DNA of 64,000 nucleotides, from assembly GCA_049650385.1 (NCBI GenBank), contig JBASAA010000006.1:20979-84978 (forward strand). The letters run 5' to 3'. The position numbers were made by a program, and so were the translations under genes. Below the pieces are notes generated by a model, which searched no databases, was not told where the DNA came from, and was given only the letters and a program-made list of their open reading frames with translations. Positions 34,245 through 43,261 of this stretch are shown here, one piece after another (positions within the stretch are counted from its first letter, which is position 1; each line of letters starts with the position of its first letter). The stretch comes from Mesorhizobium sp. (GTDB taxonomy: Bacteria; Pseudomonadota; Alphaproteobacteria; Rhizobiales; Rhizobiaceae).

Positions 34245-35667
34245 TCTCGTCGTCCGTGGCGGACGGGTCGCGCTGGACGACGGCTGGGCGGAATGCGATA
34301 TCGGCATAACCGACGGTCGGATTGCCGAGTTAGGCACGGGCGTCCGGGCTGACACGGCAATCGACGCCGGCGGCCGCTGGGTGCTGCCGGGAGGCATCGA
34401 CGCGCACTGTCATCTCGACCAGCCTTCGTGGGGCGGCGCCGCCAGCGCGGACGATTTCGAATCCGGCTCGATCGCGGCCGCCTTCGGCGGCACCACCTGC
34501 ATGGTCCCGTTCGCCATGCCGGGGCCGGGCATGACGTCGATCGACGCCTTTGATCGCGCCACAAGATGCGCCGCTGGGCGCTCGGTGATCGACTACGGCC
34601 TGCACGGCGTGGTGACGGCCGAGACCGGCGCCGATCTGGCGCACCAATTCGACGTGCTGGCCCGGCAAGGCGTGACATCCATAAAAGTGTTCATGACCTA
34701 TGAAGGCTTCGCGGTCGGCGACGAGACCTTGCTGGCGGTTCTCGACGAGGCGCGCACGTTGGGCTTCCTCGTCATGGTCCATGCGGAAAACGACGCGGCA
34801 ATCAGGAGAACCCGCAACCGGCTGATCGAACTCGGCCGGACGGATCTGCGTTACCATGCCGTCGCGCATGCGAGGGTCATGGAACGCGAGGCGACGCACC
34901 GGGCCGTTGCGCTGGCGGAAATATCGGGCACGCGCCTTGTCGTCGTGCATGTTTCCTGCCGGCAGTCGGCCGAGGAAGTTCTTCGCGGACAGCAGCGCGG
35001 CGCCCGGGTTTTCGCGGAAACCTGCCCGCAATATCTTTTCCTGTCGGCCGCGGACCTCGACCGTGATGCGGCGCAGGCCGCCCGGTATGTCTTTTCGCCG
35101 CCACCACGCGCGCCGTCCGACCAGGCCTATCTGTGGGAAGCCCTTACGCGAGGCGACATCGCGCTGTGGTCGTCCGACCATTCGCCCTCGATGCTCGCCG
35201 ACAAACTGGGCGCCGACGGCAAGCCGGCCTTCCACAAGGCGGTCAGCGGCATACCCGGCATCGAGACGCGGTTGCCCCTCCTGTTCTGCGAGGGTCTTCT
35301 GACCGGCCGGCTTTCGCTTCAGCGCTATCTTGCCGTGACCGGCGGCAATGCGGCGTCCCTCTACGGGCTCGACCATGTCAAGGGACGTATCGCCCTCGGG
35401 CTCGATGCCGACCTTGCGATCTGGGACCCGGCCGTCCGGTGGCGGCTGATGCGCGAGGCCATGCACTCGAAGGTCGACTACATCCCGTACGAGGGCAGGA
35501 CGATCACCGGCAAGCCCGTCACCACGCTGGTGCGCGGGATGCCGGTGGTCCTGGACGGTATTCTATGTCCGGCCACGGGCGCCGGCCGGTTCGTTCCGCG
35601 CAAGGCGGGGGACCCACGAGATAATCCGATAGCAATCGAGGACACCACACCATGGCTAGACACCTGA
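34237..35667 (+). CDS. D-hydantoinase / dihydropyrimidinase (cyclic amidohydrolase)
   Basis: ...WVLPGGIDAHCHLDQ..., the carboxylated-Lys context ...TSIKVFMTY..., ...VMVHAEN... and ...LWSSDHSP... The protein is 476 aa and overlaps the ATPase stop by 8 nt. Confidence 0.9.
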   Translation: MHDLVVRGGRVALDDGWAECDIGITDGRIAELGTGVRADTAIDAGGRWVLPGGIDAHCHLDQPSWGGAASADDFESGSIAAAFGGTTCMVPFAMPGPGMTSIDAFDRATRCAAGRSVIDYGLHGVVTAETGADLAHQFDVLARQGVTSIKVFMTYEGFAVGDETLLAVLDEARTLGFLVMVHAENDAAIRRTRNRLIELGRTDLRYHAVAHARVMEREATHRAVALAEISGTRLVVVHVSCRQSAEEVLRGQQRGARVFAETCPQYLFLSAADLDRDAAQAARYVFSPPPRAPSDQAYLWEALTRGDIALWSSDHSPSMLADKLGADGKPAFHKAVSGIPGIETRLPLLFCEGLLTGRLSLQRYLAVTGGNAASLYGLDHVKGRIALGLDADLAIWDPAVRWRLMREAMHSKVDYIPYEGRTITGKPVTTLVRGMPVVLDGILCPATGAGRFVPRKAGDPRDNPIAIEDTTPWLDT

Positions 35668-36575
35668 CCATCGCGGTTTGCCAGACCGGGCCGATCCAGA
35701 GGCGCGCGACGCGCGCCGAGACGGTGGACAGGCTTGTTGCGCTTCTGGAACGCGCCGCCGCCGCGAAAGCGGAGGTCGCCGTCTTCCCCGAGATGGCGCT
35801 TACCAGCTTCTTCCCGCGCTGGGAGATGGAGGACGACGCCGAGATCGAGGCGTTCTTCGAGGAGGCCATGCCAGGGCGGGAAACCCGGCGTCTTTACGAC
35901 GCCGCCGCCGCGCTGAAGATCGGCTTTGCGCTCGGCTACTCGGAACTCGACCGCTCCGGCGCAAAGACACGGCGCTACAACACCATGGATCTGGTCGGCC
36001 CGGACGGCAAGTTCATCGGCCGCTACCGCAAGATGCACATTCCGGGCGGGACCGAGGCGTCGGCGGGCACGACGACGCATCTGGAGCGTCGTTATTTTGA
36101 ACTGGGCGATCTCGGCTTCCCGGTCTTCGACTATTGCGGCGTTCGCGTCGGGCTCGCCCTGTGCAACGACCGCCGCTGGCCGGAAACCTATCGCATGCTC
36201 GGGCTGGGCGGGGCAGAGGTGGTGCTGATCGGCTACAACACGCCGCTGCTTCTGGACGAGGCGCCGTCGCTGGGGCACCTGCGCATGTTCCACAATCATC
36301 TGCCGATGCAGGCGGGTGCCTATCAGAACACCGTCTGGGTGGCGGCAGCGGCCAAGGCCGGCAACGAGGACGGACAACAACTGATCGGGGGGTCGTGCAT
36401 CATCGCGCCGACGGGTGAACTCGCGGCCCAGACCACCTCGCTCGACGACGAGGTCATCGTCCATCGCGCGGACCTCGATCTCATCGCCGTTTGCCGCAAG
36501 GTCAATTTCGATTTCGAGCTTTACCGGCGCCCCGACCAGTATCGTCTTATCGCCGAACGCGCCGGCCCGATGTGA
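35652..36575 (+). CDS. N-carbamoyl-D-amino-acid hydrolase (D-carbamoylase, carbon-nitrogen hydrolase family)
   Basis: Glu-Lys-Cys triad contexts FPEMALTSFFPRW, GRYRKMHIPG and LALCNDRRWPE. It is colinear with my memory of the Agrobacterium DCase (...FPELALTTFFPRW...KYRKIHLPG...ICNDRRWPE...). Confidence 0.9.
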   Translation: MARHLTIAVCQTGPIQRRATRAETVDRLVALLERAAAAKAEVAVFPEMALTSFFPRWEMEDDAEIEAFFEEAMPGRETRRLYDAAAALKIGFALGYSELDRSGAKTRRYNTMDLVGPDGKFIGRYRKMHIPGGTEASAGTTTHLERRYFELGDLGFPVFDYCGVRVGLALCNDRRWPETYRMLGLGGAEVVLIGYNTPLLLDEAPSLGHLRMFHNHLPMQAGAYQNTVWVAAAAKAGNEDGQQLIGGSCIIAPTGELAAQTTSLDDEVIVHRADLDLIAVCRKVNFDFELYRRPDQYRLIAERAGPM

Positions 36576-37873
36576 TGGCCGGGCAGGTTGCGCCGACGCG
36601 AGCGGCAAAGGAGGCGCAACCGACCGCCGGCGCGGCCCTGTTGCGGCGCGTGCTGGACGAGTTGGCGCGCGAGACGCATGACCATCCGGGCGTGACGAGA
36701 GCGGCCTATGGCGCCGGCGAACAGTTCGCACACGACCTGGTGCGCCGTGAGGCCGAAGCGCTGGGAGCCGTGACGCGCACGGATGCCGCCGGCAACCTCT
36801 ATCTGACGCGGCCGGGGAGTGATCCATCCTTGCCCGCGTTGTTTTTCGGCTCGCATCTGGACAGCGTGCCGCATGGCGGCAATTTCGACGGAGCGGCGGG
36901 GGTGGTCGCCGGCCTTGCCGTGCTCGCCGAAATGGCTGCCCGCAATCTTGTCGTCCGCCGCGATGTGACCGTCATGGTCACGCGGGCGGAGGAGGCGGTA
37001 TGGTTTCCCGTTTCCTATCCGGGGGCGCGCGCCGCGCTGGGGCGGCTGGCGGCAGACGAACTGGAAGCCCGGCGGGCCGATACCGGCCGAACGCTGGCCG
37101 AGCACATGGCGGATGCCGGGTTCGATCCCGAGACGATCCGGGCCGGGACGCCACAGGTTCGGCCAGCCGACATCGCCGCCTTTGTCGAGGTCCATATCGA
37201 GCAGGGTCCACGCCTGGCCGGCATGGACCGGCCTTACGGCATCGTCACCGCGATCAACGGGGGATTTCGCCACCTCGCCGCGCGCTGTATCGGGGCCTAT
37301 GCGCATTCCGGCGCGGAACCGCGCTTTTCACGCAAGGACAGCGTGCTCGGTTTCGCCGATCTCGTGCAGGGCCTCGAGGCCGTATGGGACCGGCTGGAAG
37401 CGGAAGGCCGGCAGGCGACGATCACCTTCGGTCGGGTGGAGTCCGATCCTCGGCAGCATGGCGGCAGCCGCGTGCTCGGCGATATCGGTTTCACGCTCGA
37501 TATCCGCAGCGACCGCGAGAGCACGCTTGAGGATATTGCCGCCTCGATCCGCACGATCTGCCGGCAGATCGAGGTTCGACGAAATGTGCGCTTCGAGTTC
37601 GATGCGCCGCTTACCTGGGCGCCGGCGCCGATGGACGCCGCCTTGGTCGAGAAACTCACGGTCGTTGCCGGACCCGCAAGCGAGGTCCCGCTTCTCGCCA
37701 GCGGCGCGGGGCATGATACCGCTGCCTTTGCCGAGGCGGGCGTTCCGAGCGTCATGATCTTCGTGCGCAGCGAGAACGGCAGCCACAATCCGGAGGAAGC
37801 CATGGATGCGAGCGATCTCGACGCAGTCGTGGCGATGCTTGTTCGCTTCGTCACTGCCTTCGACGGCCCATGA
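36575..37873 (+). CDS. M20-family Zn-dependent amidohydrolase (N-carbamoyl-L-amino-acid hydrolase / allantoate amidohydrolase / beta-ureidopropionase type)
   Basis: ...GSHLDSVPHGGNFDGAAGVVAG... is the AmaB/AllC hallmark. The ATG at 36575 overlaps the TGA of the preceding gene. The track ORF starts at 36491 in shadow sequence. Confidence 0.87.
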   Translation: MAGQVAPTRAAKEAQPTAGAALLRRVLDELARETHDHPGVTRAAYGAGEQFAHDLVRREAEALGAVTRTDAAGNLYLTRPGSDPSLPALFFGSHLDSVPHGGNFDGAAGVVAGLAVLAEMAARNLVVRRDVTVMVTRAEEAVWFPVSYPGARAALGRLAADELEARRADTGRTLAEHMADAGFDPETIRAGTPQVRPADIAAFVEVHIEQGPRLAGMDRPYGIVTAINGGFRHLAARCIGAYAHSGAEPRFSRKDSVLGFADLVQGLEAVWDRLEAEGRQATITFGRVESDPRQHGGSRVLGDIGFTLDIRSDRESTLEDIAASIRTICRQIEVRRNVRFEFDAPLTWAPAPMDAALVEKLTVVAGPASEVPLLASGAGHDTAAFAEAGVPSVMIFVRSENGSHNPEEAMDASDLDAVVAMLVRFVTAFDGP

Positions 37874-37912
37874 AATTTCAAATCCCACCAGCCAACCAGC
37901 ACAGAGGCTATC

Positions 37913-38581
37913 TTGAACGTCCAGTCAGCGGCGGTTTTCGCTATCGATTTCCAGAACGAGTATCGCAGTTGCGGCGCCTATCCCGTGGAGGGTTTCGATG
38001 CGATCCTCGCCAATGCCGCCTCCGTCATCGCTGCCGCCAGACAGGCAGGCGTTCCGGTTCTTCATGCACAGGCGTGGGCCGAGCAGGAGGATGTGAAAAC
38101 AAGCTATCCGCTCCTGCACGAGAATCTCGCCGATGACCTTCGCTACGGGGTGGCCGGAGCCGACAGCGCCGCCATCTGCGAGGAAGTGATGCCGGCCGGC
38201 GACGAACTGGTGATCCGCAAGTCCTGGCCGAGCGCGTTTCGGGATAGGCGGCTGGCCGAGACGTTGCGGGAGCGGGGCGTGGAGCACCTTCTGGTGGCGG
38301 GTGTCTGGACCGACAGTTGTGTCCGCGCCACGGTGTTCGACGCCGTGTTCGCCGGGTTCCGGGTCTGGCTGATAAAGGATGCCTGCGGCAGCGGCACGGA
38401 TTTCATGAACCGGGTGGCGATCCTCGACATGGCGAACCGCCTCTATGGCGGCGGCGTACTCAAGACCGCCGAAGCCTTGAAGGCGCTTCGGGGAGAGCCC
38501 CACCAAGCCTGGCGCTGCTCTCGCCCCGTCGAATTCCAGTATACGGCCGCCACGGCCGATACGTTCTACGAGTCCCTGTAG
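37913..38581 (+). CDS. Isochorismatase-fold cysteine hydrolase (nicotinamidase / RutB / N-carbamoylsarcosine amidase superfamily)
   Basis: Asp-Lys-Cys triad contexts AIDFQNEY, LVIRKSWPSAF and VAGVWTDSCVRAT. The TTG start has AGAGG 6 nt upstream. Confidence 0.82.
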   Translation: MNVQSAAVFAIDFQNEYRSCGAYPVEGFDAILANAASVIAAARQAGVPVLHAQAWAEQEDVKTSYPLLHENLADDLRYGVAGADSAAICEEVMPAGDELVIRKSWPSAFRDRRLAETLRERGVEHLLVAGVWTDSCVRATVFDAVFAGFRVWLIKDACGSGTDFMNRVAILDMANRLYGGGVLKTAEALKALRGEPHQAWRCSRPVEFQYTAATADTFYESL

Positions 38582-38604
38582 GGGGAAGGGAAGTCGGCGG
38601 CTGG

Positions 38605-38631
38605 GCAGCCGGCTTCCTCAATGCCGGCTGC
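38605..38631. terminator. Hairpin between convergent isochorismatase-fold and D-aminoacylase genes
   Basis: GCAGCCGGC (38605-38613), a 9-nt loop, then GCCGGCTGC (38623-38631). The loop contains the D-aminoacylase stop codon (38618-38620). No strong U-tract is present. Confidence 0.3.
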
Positions 38632-40066
38632 TTGCCGTCGGTTTCAGCACCTTGCCCGGGCGCGCACCGGTTGCCTTGCCTTCCTTCCATACCGGTTGGC
38701 CGTTCACCAGAACGAGGTCTATCCCCACCGATTCCAGGGTCGGCTGTTCGAACGTCGCCTTGTCGGCGATAGTCGCGGCGTCGAAAAGCACGACGTCGGC
38801 AAAGTTGCCGACCGCCAGACGACCGCGCCGGTCGAACCCGAATTCCTTTGCCGGCAGCCCCGTCATCCGGAAGACGGCCTCTTCGAGCGTAAAAAGGCCG
38901 AGATCACGGCAATAGTGCCCGAGGATGCGCGGGAACGTCCCCCATAGCCGCGGATGGGGATGCTTGTCGTGCGGCAGGCCGTCCGAGCCGATCATCGTGC
39001 GCGGATGGGCGAGAATGCGCTGGACGTCGTTTTCGTCGAGCTGGAAATAGACGGCGCCGGCCGGCAGCAGGCGCGCCGCCGCCTCCCTCTCGGTACACTG
39101 CCATTCGCCGGCGATATCGGCCAGGTAGCGGTTCGCCATGTCGGGATAAGGGTCGGACCAGGTGATGAGGATCGGCAGGCCGATATCGCAGCGCTCGAAT
39201 TTGAGCACGGTCGAGGAGGCAGCATAGGGGTAGCAGTCCTGGGCGATGTCGAGCGTCTGGCGGGCGGCGTCGATCTGGTCGAGGGTCGGCCCGCTCTTGC
39301 CGAAATTGTCGCGGCCCGTAACCTGATGGTGGGAGATGATCAACTTGTTGCCGGCATCGGTCGCAATCTCGATGGCCTCGTCGATCGCTTCCTCGAGCTT
39401 CTCGAAATAATTGCGGGTGTGAGTGACGTAGAGCCCGCCCGATTGCGCGGCGGTATGCGCCAATGCCTTGACCTCGCCGGTGGATGAATTCACGGCGGGG
39501 GCGTAGTCGAGGCCGCTCGAGAGGCCGAAGGCGCCGGCGGCCATGGCCTTGGCCACCTCATCCTGCATCAGCACGATCTCGTCTTCCGTCGCCGCATTGT
39601 CCATGCTGGGAAGAAAACGCTGCCTGAGCGTGGTATGGCCGACCAGAAGTGCTGCATTGGTCATCGCCCCGATGCGCGAAAGCTCGGAAACGTAATCCTC
39701 GAAACGGTCGAAGCGGAAATTTTCCTGGCCGCCGACAAGGGTGAAAGGCGGCGGCGGCGTGGCATCGAGCAGCAGCGGCGCCAGGCTTATGCCGCAGTTT
39801 CCGGCAACCACGGTCGTGACGCCCTGGCTGGTCTTCGCGGTCATCCCCTCGCTGGACAACAGCGCGCTGTCGTCATGGGTGTGGGCGTCGATGAAACCCG
39901 GCGCGACGACGCGGCCCGATGCGTCGATTTCCTGCCGGGCCTTCTCCCGCGACAGATCCCCCAGCGCCGCGATCATGCCGCCGTCGATGGCGACGTCGCC
40001 GGCGAAACGCGGCCCGCCGCTGCCGTCCACGACGGTGCCGCCGCGGATGATGATGTCGTATGTCAT
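38618..40066 (-). CDS. N-acyl-D-amino-acid deacylase (D-aminoacylase)
   Basis: MTYDIIIRGGTVVDGSGGPRFAGDVAI.GG.I..LG... and ...VAPGFIDAHTHDD... are the D-aminoacylase family N-terminus. The protein is 482 aa. Confidence 0.88.
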   Translation of the reverse strand: MTYDIIIRGGTVVDGSGGPRFAGDVAIDGGMIAALGDLSREKARQEIDASGRVVAPGFIDAHTHDDSALLSSEGMTAKTSQGVTTVVAGNCGISLAPLLLDATPPPPFTLVGGQENFRFDRFEDYVSELSRIGAMTNAALLVGHTTLRQRFLPSMDNAATEDEIVLMQDEVAKAMAAGAFGLSSGLDYAPAVNSSTGEVKALAHTAAQSGGLYVTHTRNYFEKLEEAIDEAIEIATDAGNKLIISHHQVTGRDNFGKSGPTLDQIDAARQTLDIAQDCYPYAASSTVLKFERCDIGLPILITWSDPYPDMANRYLADIAGEWQCTEREAAARLLPAGAVYFQLDENDVQRILAHPRTMIGSDGLPHDKHPHPRLWGTFPRILGHYCRDLGLFTLEEAVFRMTGLPAKEFGFDRRGRLAVGNFADVVLFDAATIADKATFEQPTLESVGIDLVLVNGQPVWKEGKATGARPGKVLKPTASSRH

Positions 40067-40088
40067 GCTTTCCCCCAGGGTGATGGTT

Positions 40089-40946
40089 CTAGGCCCCGGA
40101 CGACAGTGTCGCGGCTACGCCGCGCACGCCGCCAAGCGCCAGCGATTGCAGTTCGGGATCCCGGCTGAACGCCGGATAGACCAGATAGACGGGCCGCTCG
40201 AATACCGGGGCGCCTTCCACGGGGCAGAGGCGCCGCTCGGCTAGCATGGAGCCGACCAGCGATCGCGGCAGGTAGGCTGCCCCCTTGAGAGCGAGCACGT
40301 ACTGGAGCCCGAGCGCTCCGAGCCCGACGGATATGGTGGGGATGGGAGCGTCGGGAAACGCTTCGACGAATTCTCTGCCGAAGTCCTGGCCCCAGTTGAC
40401 CATGACGAAATGGTCCTGCCAGGCACCCTCCATCCGGGGATGGCGGACGAGAACGAGCTTTTCGATGAGCAGTTCCTCGACGACCAGGCCCGGGCGCTGG
40501 CGCGGCAGGTACAGGGTCGTCGCATCCATCGTTCCGGCCAGGATGCGGTCCGTCAGCGTATCGGAATAGCCGGCCTCCAGTTGGAGGGCGACGGTGGGCG
40601 CGTGCTCCTTCATCCAGAGAACCCACGCCACGTTCAACTGGTCCTGCAAGGCCACCGGGCCGCCGAAGCGGAACGTCGCGGTAAAGCCGTCCGGCAGCGC
40701 GACCTGGTGGCGGGCCTGATCCCAGGTCTGGAGGATGCGTTCGGCAAGCGGGCGGAAATCATGGCCGGCAGGCGTCAGTTCCGCGCCGGCCCGGCCACGC
40801 CGGAAAAGGACGCAGCCCAGTTCCTTTTCCAACGACTGGATGCGCCCGCTGATCGTGGATTGCATGACGCCGAGGCGGGCCGCCGCGATGCTGAAACTGC
40901 CGGCGTTGGCAACGCTGCGAAAGCTTTGCAGGGAATCGAGATTCAT
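40089..40946 (-). CDS. LysR-family transcriptional regulator
   Basis: HTH MNLDSLQSFRSVANAGSFSIAAARLGVMQSTISGRIQSLEKELG. The gene is divergent from the aminotransferase gene at 41135. Confidence 0.9.
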   Translation of the reverse strand: MNLDSLQSFRSVANAGSFSIAAARLGVMQSTISGRIQSLEKELGCVLFRRGRAGAELTPAGHDFRPLAERILQTWDQARHQVALPDGFTATFRFGGPVALQDQLNVAWVLWMKEHAPTVALQLEAGYSDTLTDRILAGTMDATTLYLPRQRPGLVVEELLIEKLVLVRHPRMEGAWQDHFVMVNWGQDFGREFVEAFPDAPIPTISVGLGALGLQYVLALKGAAYLPRSLVGSMLAERRLCPVEGAPVFERPVYLVYPAFSRDPELQSLALGGVRGVAATLSSGA

Positions 40947-41134
40947 GGCAACCATCTTGATTTTCGATAATAAAGCACGATGGTATTCTCATTCCAAAAA
41001 TTACCAAGCCGGCGGCACAAAAAATCGAAGGCCATTGACGATGCATTTTTCGTTATGAATTGGCCGCCTGATCCCGTCTCCTGAAGGAACTGATGATGTG
41101 TCGCTTGGCGGCAGGTGAAGGGAGCACCGTACGG

Positions 41135-42208
41135 ATGCGGCTGTTTTCTCGGGTCGAGGGGATCGAGGCTTTTCCGCTGGCCGATTTCGGCGGGCACGAC
41201 AAGCCGACGCTGGCACAGAACGAAAGCGCATTTGCGCCGAGCCCGGCCGCGCTCGAAGCGGGAAGGGTCGCCCTTGCCCGGGCGGCGCTCTACCCCGATC
41301 CCGACTGGAACGAACTGCGTAGCGCGATTGCCGAAATCCATGGAGTGGAGCGCGGCCTCGTCCTGTGCGGCGCCGGCTCGATGGATTTGATTTCCTGTGT
41401 CATCAGGGCCTATTCGGGACCCGGGGATGAAATCCTTGCCAGCGCCTATACCTACCTGTTCGTCGCTTCCGCGGCCGCCCAGGCCGGCGCGACCTATGTG
41501 CAGGTAGCGGAAGACGATTTCGCCGTTTCGGTCGATCGCCTCATAGCCGCGGTAACGCCCGCTACCCGGATCGTCTTCCTGTGCAATCCGGGCAATCCCA
41601 CCGGCACCCGCATCGGGAACGCGGAGATCGTGCGCCTGCGAGCCTCATTGCCAGCCGATGTCCTGCTGGTGATCGACCAGGCCTATGGGGAGTTCGACGA
41701 CCAGGACCCGCGGCCGGTATTTCAACTCGTGAACGAGCGCAACACGGTCGTGCTGCGGACGCTGTCCAAGGCTTATGGTCTGGCGGGGCTGCGGGTGGGG
41801 TGGGGGCTGTTTCCGGCTGCCATCGGCCGGGAAGTGCGGAAGCTGGTGAACTCGAACAACGTCACCAGCGTGGCGCTGGCCATGGCAACCGCGGCGCTGC
41901 GGGACCGCGCCTACGTCAGCGATGTCGTCGGGCGTACAGCCATCATTCGCGACCGTCTCGCCGGCCAGTTGAGGGACGTCGGGTTCGAGGTCCCGTCCAG
42001 CTTCACGAATTTCGTTCTGGTCCGGTTTTCCGGCGAGGCGGAAGCCGCGCTGGCGGACGAGCGGCTGCGCGCGGACGGCCTGATCGCTCGCAAGGTTGCG
42101 GGCTACGGCCTGCGCGACTGCCTGCGCATAACGATCGGCCCCGAAGACGAAATGGCGCGTGTCGGCCACGTCCTCACCGGTCACGAACGGAAGAGCGGTG
42201 CGGCCTGA
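41135..42208 (+). CDS. Histidinol-phosphate-aminotransferase-like class I/II PLP aminotransferase
   Basis: ...FLCNPGNPTG... and the PLP-Lys context LRTLSKAYGLAGLRVGW. The start is at MRLFSRV, with GGGAG 11 nt upstream; the track ORF starts at 41093. Confidence 0.82.
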   Translation: MRLFSRVEGIEAFPLADFGGHDKPTLAQNESAFAPSPAALEAGRVALARAALYPDPDWNELRSAIAEIHGVERGLVLCGAGSMDLISCVIRAYSGPGDEILASAYTYLFVASAAAQAGATYVQVAEDDFAVSVDRLIAAVTPATRIVFLCNPGNPTGTRIGNAEIVRLRASLPADVLLVIDQAYGEFDDQDPRPVFQLVNERNTVVLRTLSKAYGLAGLRVGWGLFPAAIGREVRKLVNSNNVTSVALAMATAALRDRAYVSDVVGRTAIIRDRLAGQLRDVGFEVPSSFTNFVLVRFSGEAEAALADERLRADGLIARKVAGYGLRDCLRITIGPEDEMARVGHVLTGHERKSGAA

Positions 42209-42214
42209 AGGATG

Positions 42215-43192
42215 TTAATGGCCGCGCGCCCGTAGCGGTGCCTGCCGGTACTTGAACCGGTAGCATTTCGAGAAATGCGAGGCTGAAAGGAAGCCGCAGG
42301 CGAGGCCGATCTCGGAAATCGTCATGTCGGTCTGCTGCAGCAGATGCCTGGCGCGTGCCAGCCTGAGGTCCATGTAGTATTTCAGCGGCGTACGGCCGAT
42401 ATGGCGCTGGAACAGGCGCTCCAGGTGCCGCGGCGAAATCCCGGCGGCCTCGGCAAGCTTCGGCGTCGGAACCGGGTCTTCGAGCCGCTCTTCCATCAAC
42501 CGGATGACAGCGCTCAGCCGGGGGTGGCGCAGGGCCATTCGGCCCGGCAGCGAGGTGCTGGCGGTTTCCTGTATCTTCCGGATCGAGGAATAGATCAGTT
42601 GCTCGGCGATCTCGCCGGCAAGCGCTGGCCCATGCATGTCCTCGACGAAACTCAGCACCAGGTCGACGGACGAAGTGCCGCCTGCGGTCGAGTAGCGGTG
42701 CCCGTCGATGACATAGGGGGAATGGCTGAGGATGACTTGCGGGAACTCCTCGGCAAAGCTGGTTTCGTTCTCCCAGTGGATGGTGGCGCGCTTGCCGTTG
42801 AGCAGGCCCGCCTTCGCCAGCGTATAGGTTGCGGTGCACAGGCCCCCTACGGGTACGCCATGCACCGCCTGGCGGCGCAGCCAGTCGATTATGGCCCTGG
42901 TTGAGGCGTGCTTGATATTGTCGCCGCCGCAAACCAGCACCGTTTCGGCCCCGTCAAGATTGGCCAGCCCCCGGTCGACGGGAAAGGGCACGCCGAGAGA
43001 CGAGCGAACCGGCTCGCCGGTTTCCGACATGAAGCTCCAACGGAAGGTTTCACTGCCGGCGATACGGTTGGCGACCCGCATCGTCTCGGCGCAGCAGGAC
43101 AGGGACAGCATCGAGAATCCGTCGAGAAGGAGGAAGACGAATGGCCTTGCGGCCTCGCATCGCTCCATTCCTTTCGGGATAACCAGCACCAT
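42215..43192 (-). CDS. GlxA-type (DJ-1/PfpI domain + AraC HTH) transcriptional regulator, GbdR/CdhR-like
   Basis: N-terminal ...FVFLLLDGFSMLSLSCCAETMRVAN... (DJ-1/ThiJ-like) and C-terminal ...ISEIGLACGFLSASHFSKCYRFKY (AraC HTH). It is the last gene of the sox/dmgdh same-strand run. Confidence 0.85.
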   Translation of the reverse strand: MVLVIPKGMERCEAARPFVFLLLDGFSMLSLSCCAETMRVANRIAGSETFRWSFMSETGEPVRSSLGVPFPVDRGLANLDGAETVLVCGGDNIKHASTRAIIDWLRRQAVHGVPVGGLCTATYTLAKAGLLNGKRATIHWENETSFAEEFPQVILSHSPYVIDGHRYSTAGGTSSVDLVLSFVEDMHGPALAGEIAEQLIYSSIRKIQETASTSLPGRMALRHPRLSAVIRLMEERLEDPVPTPKLAEAAGISPRHLERLFQRHIGRTPLKYYMDLRLARARHLLQQTDMTISEIGLACGFLSASHFSKCYRFKYRQAPLRARGH

Positions 43193-43261
43193 GTCCCTAG
43201 CCCCGGATGGTTAGAGAATTTCCAGCAAGAGTGTGAAACGCCTTTGCGTCCGTCATAGGGG

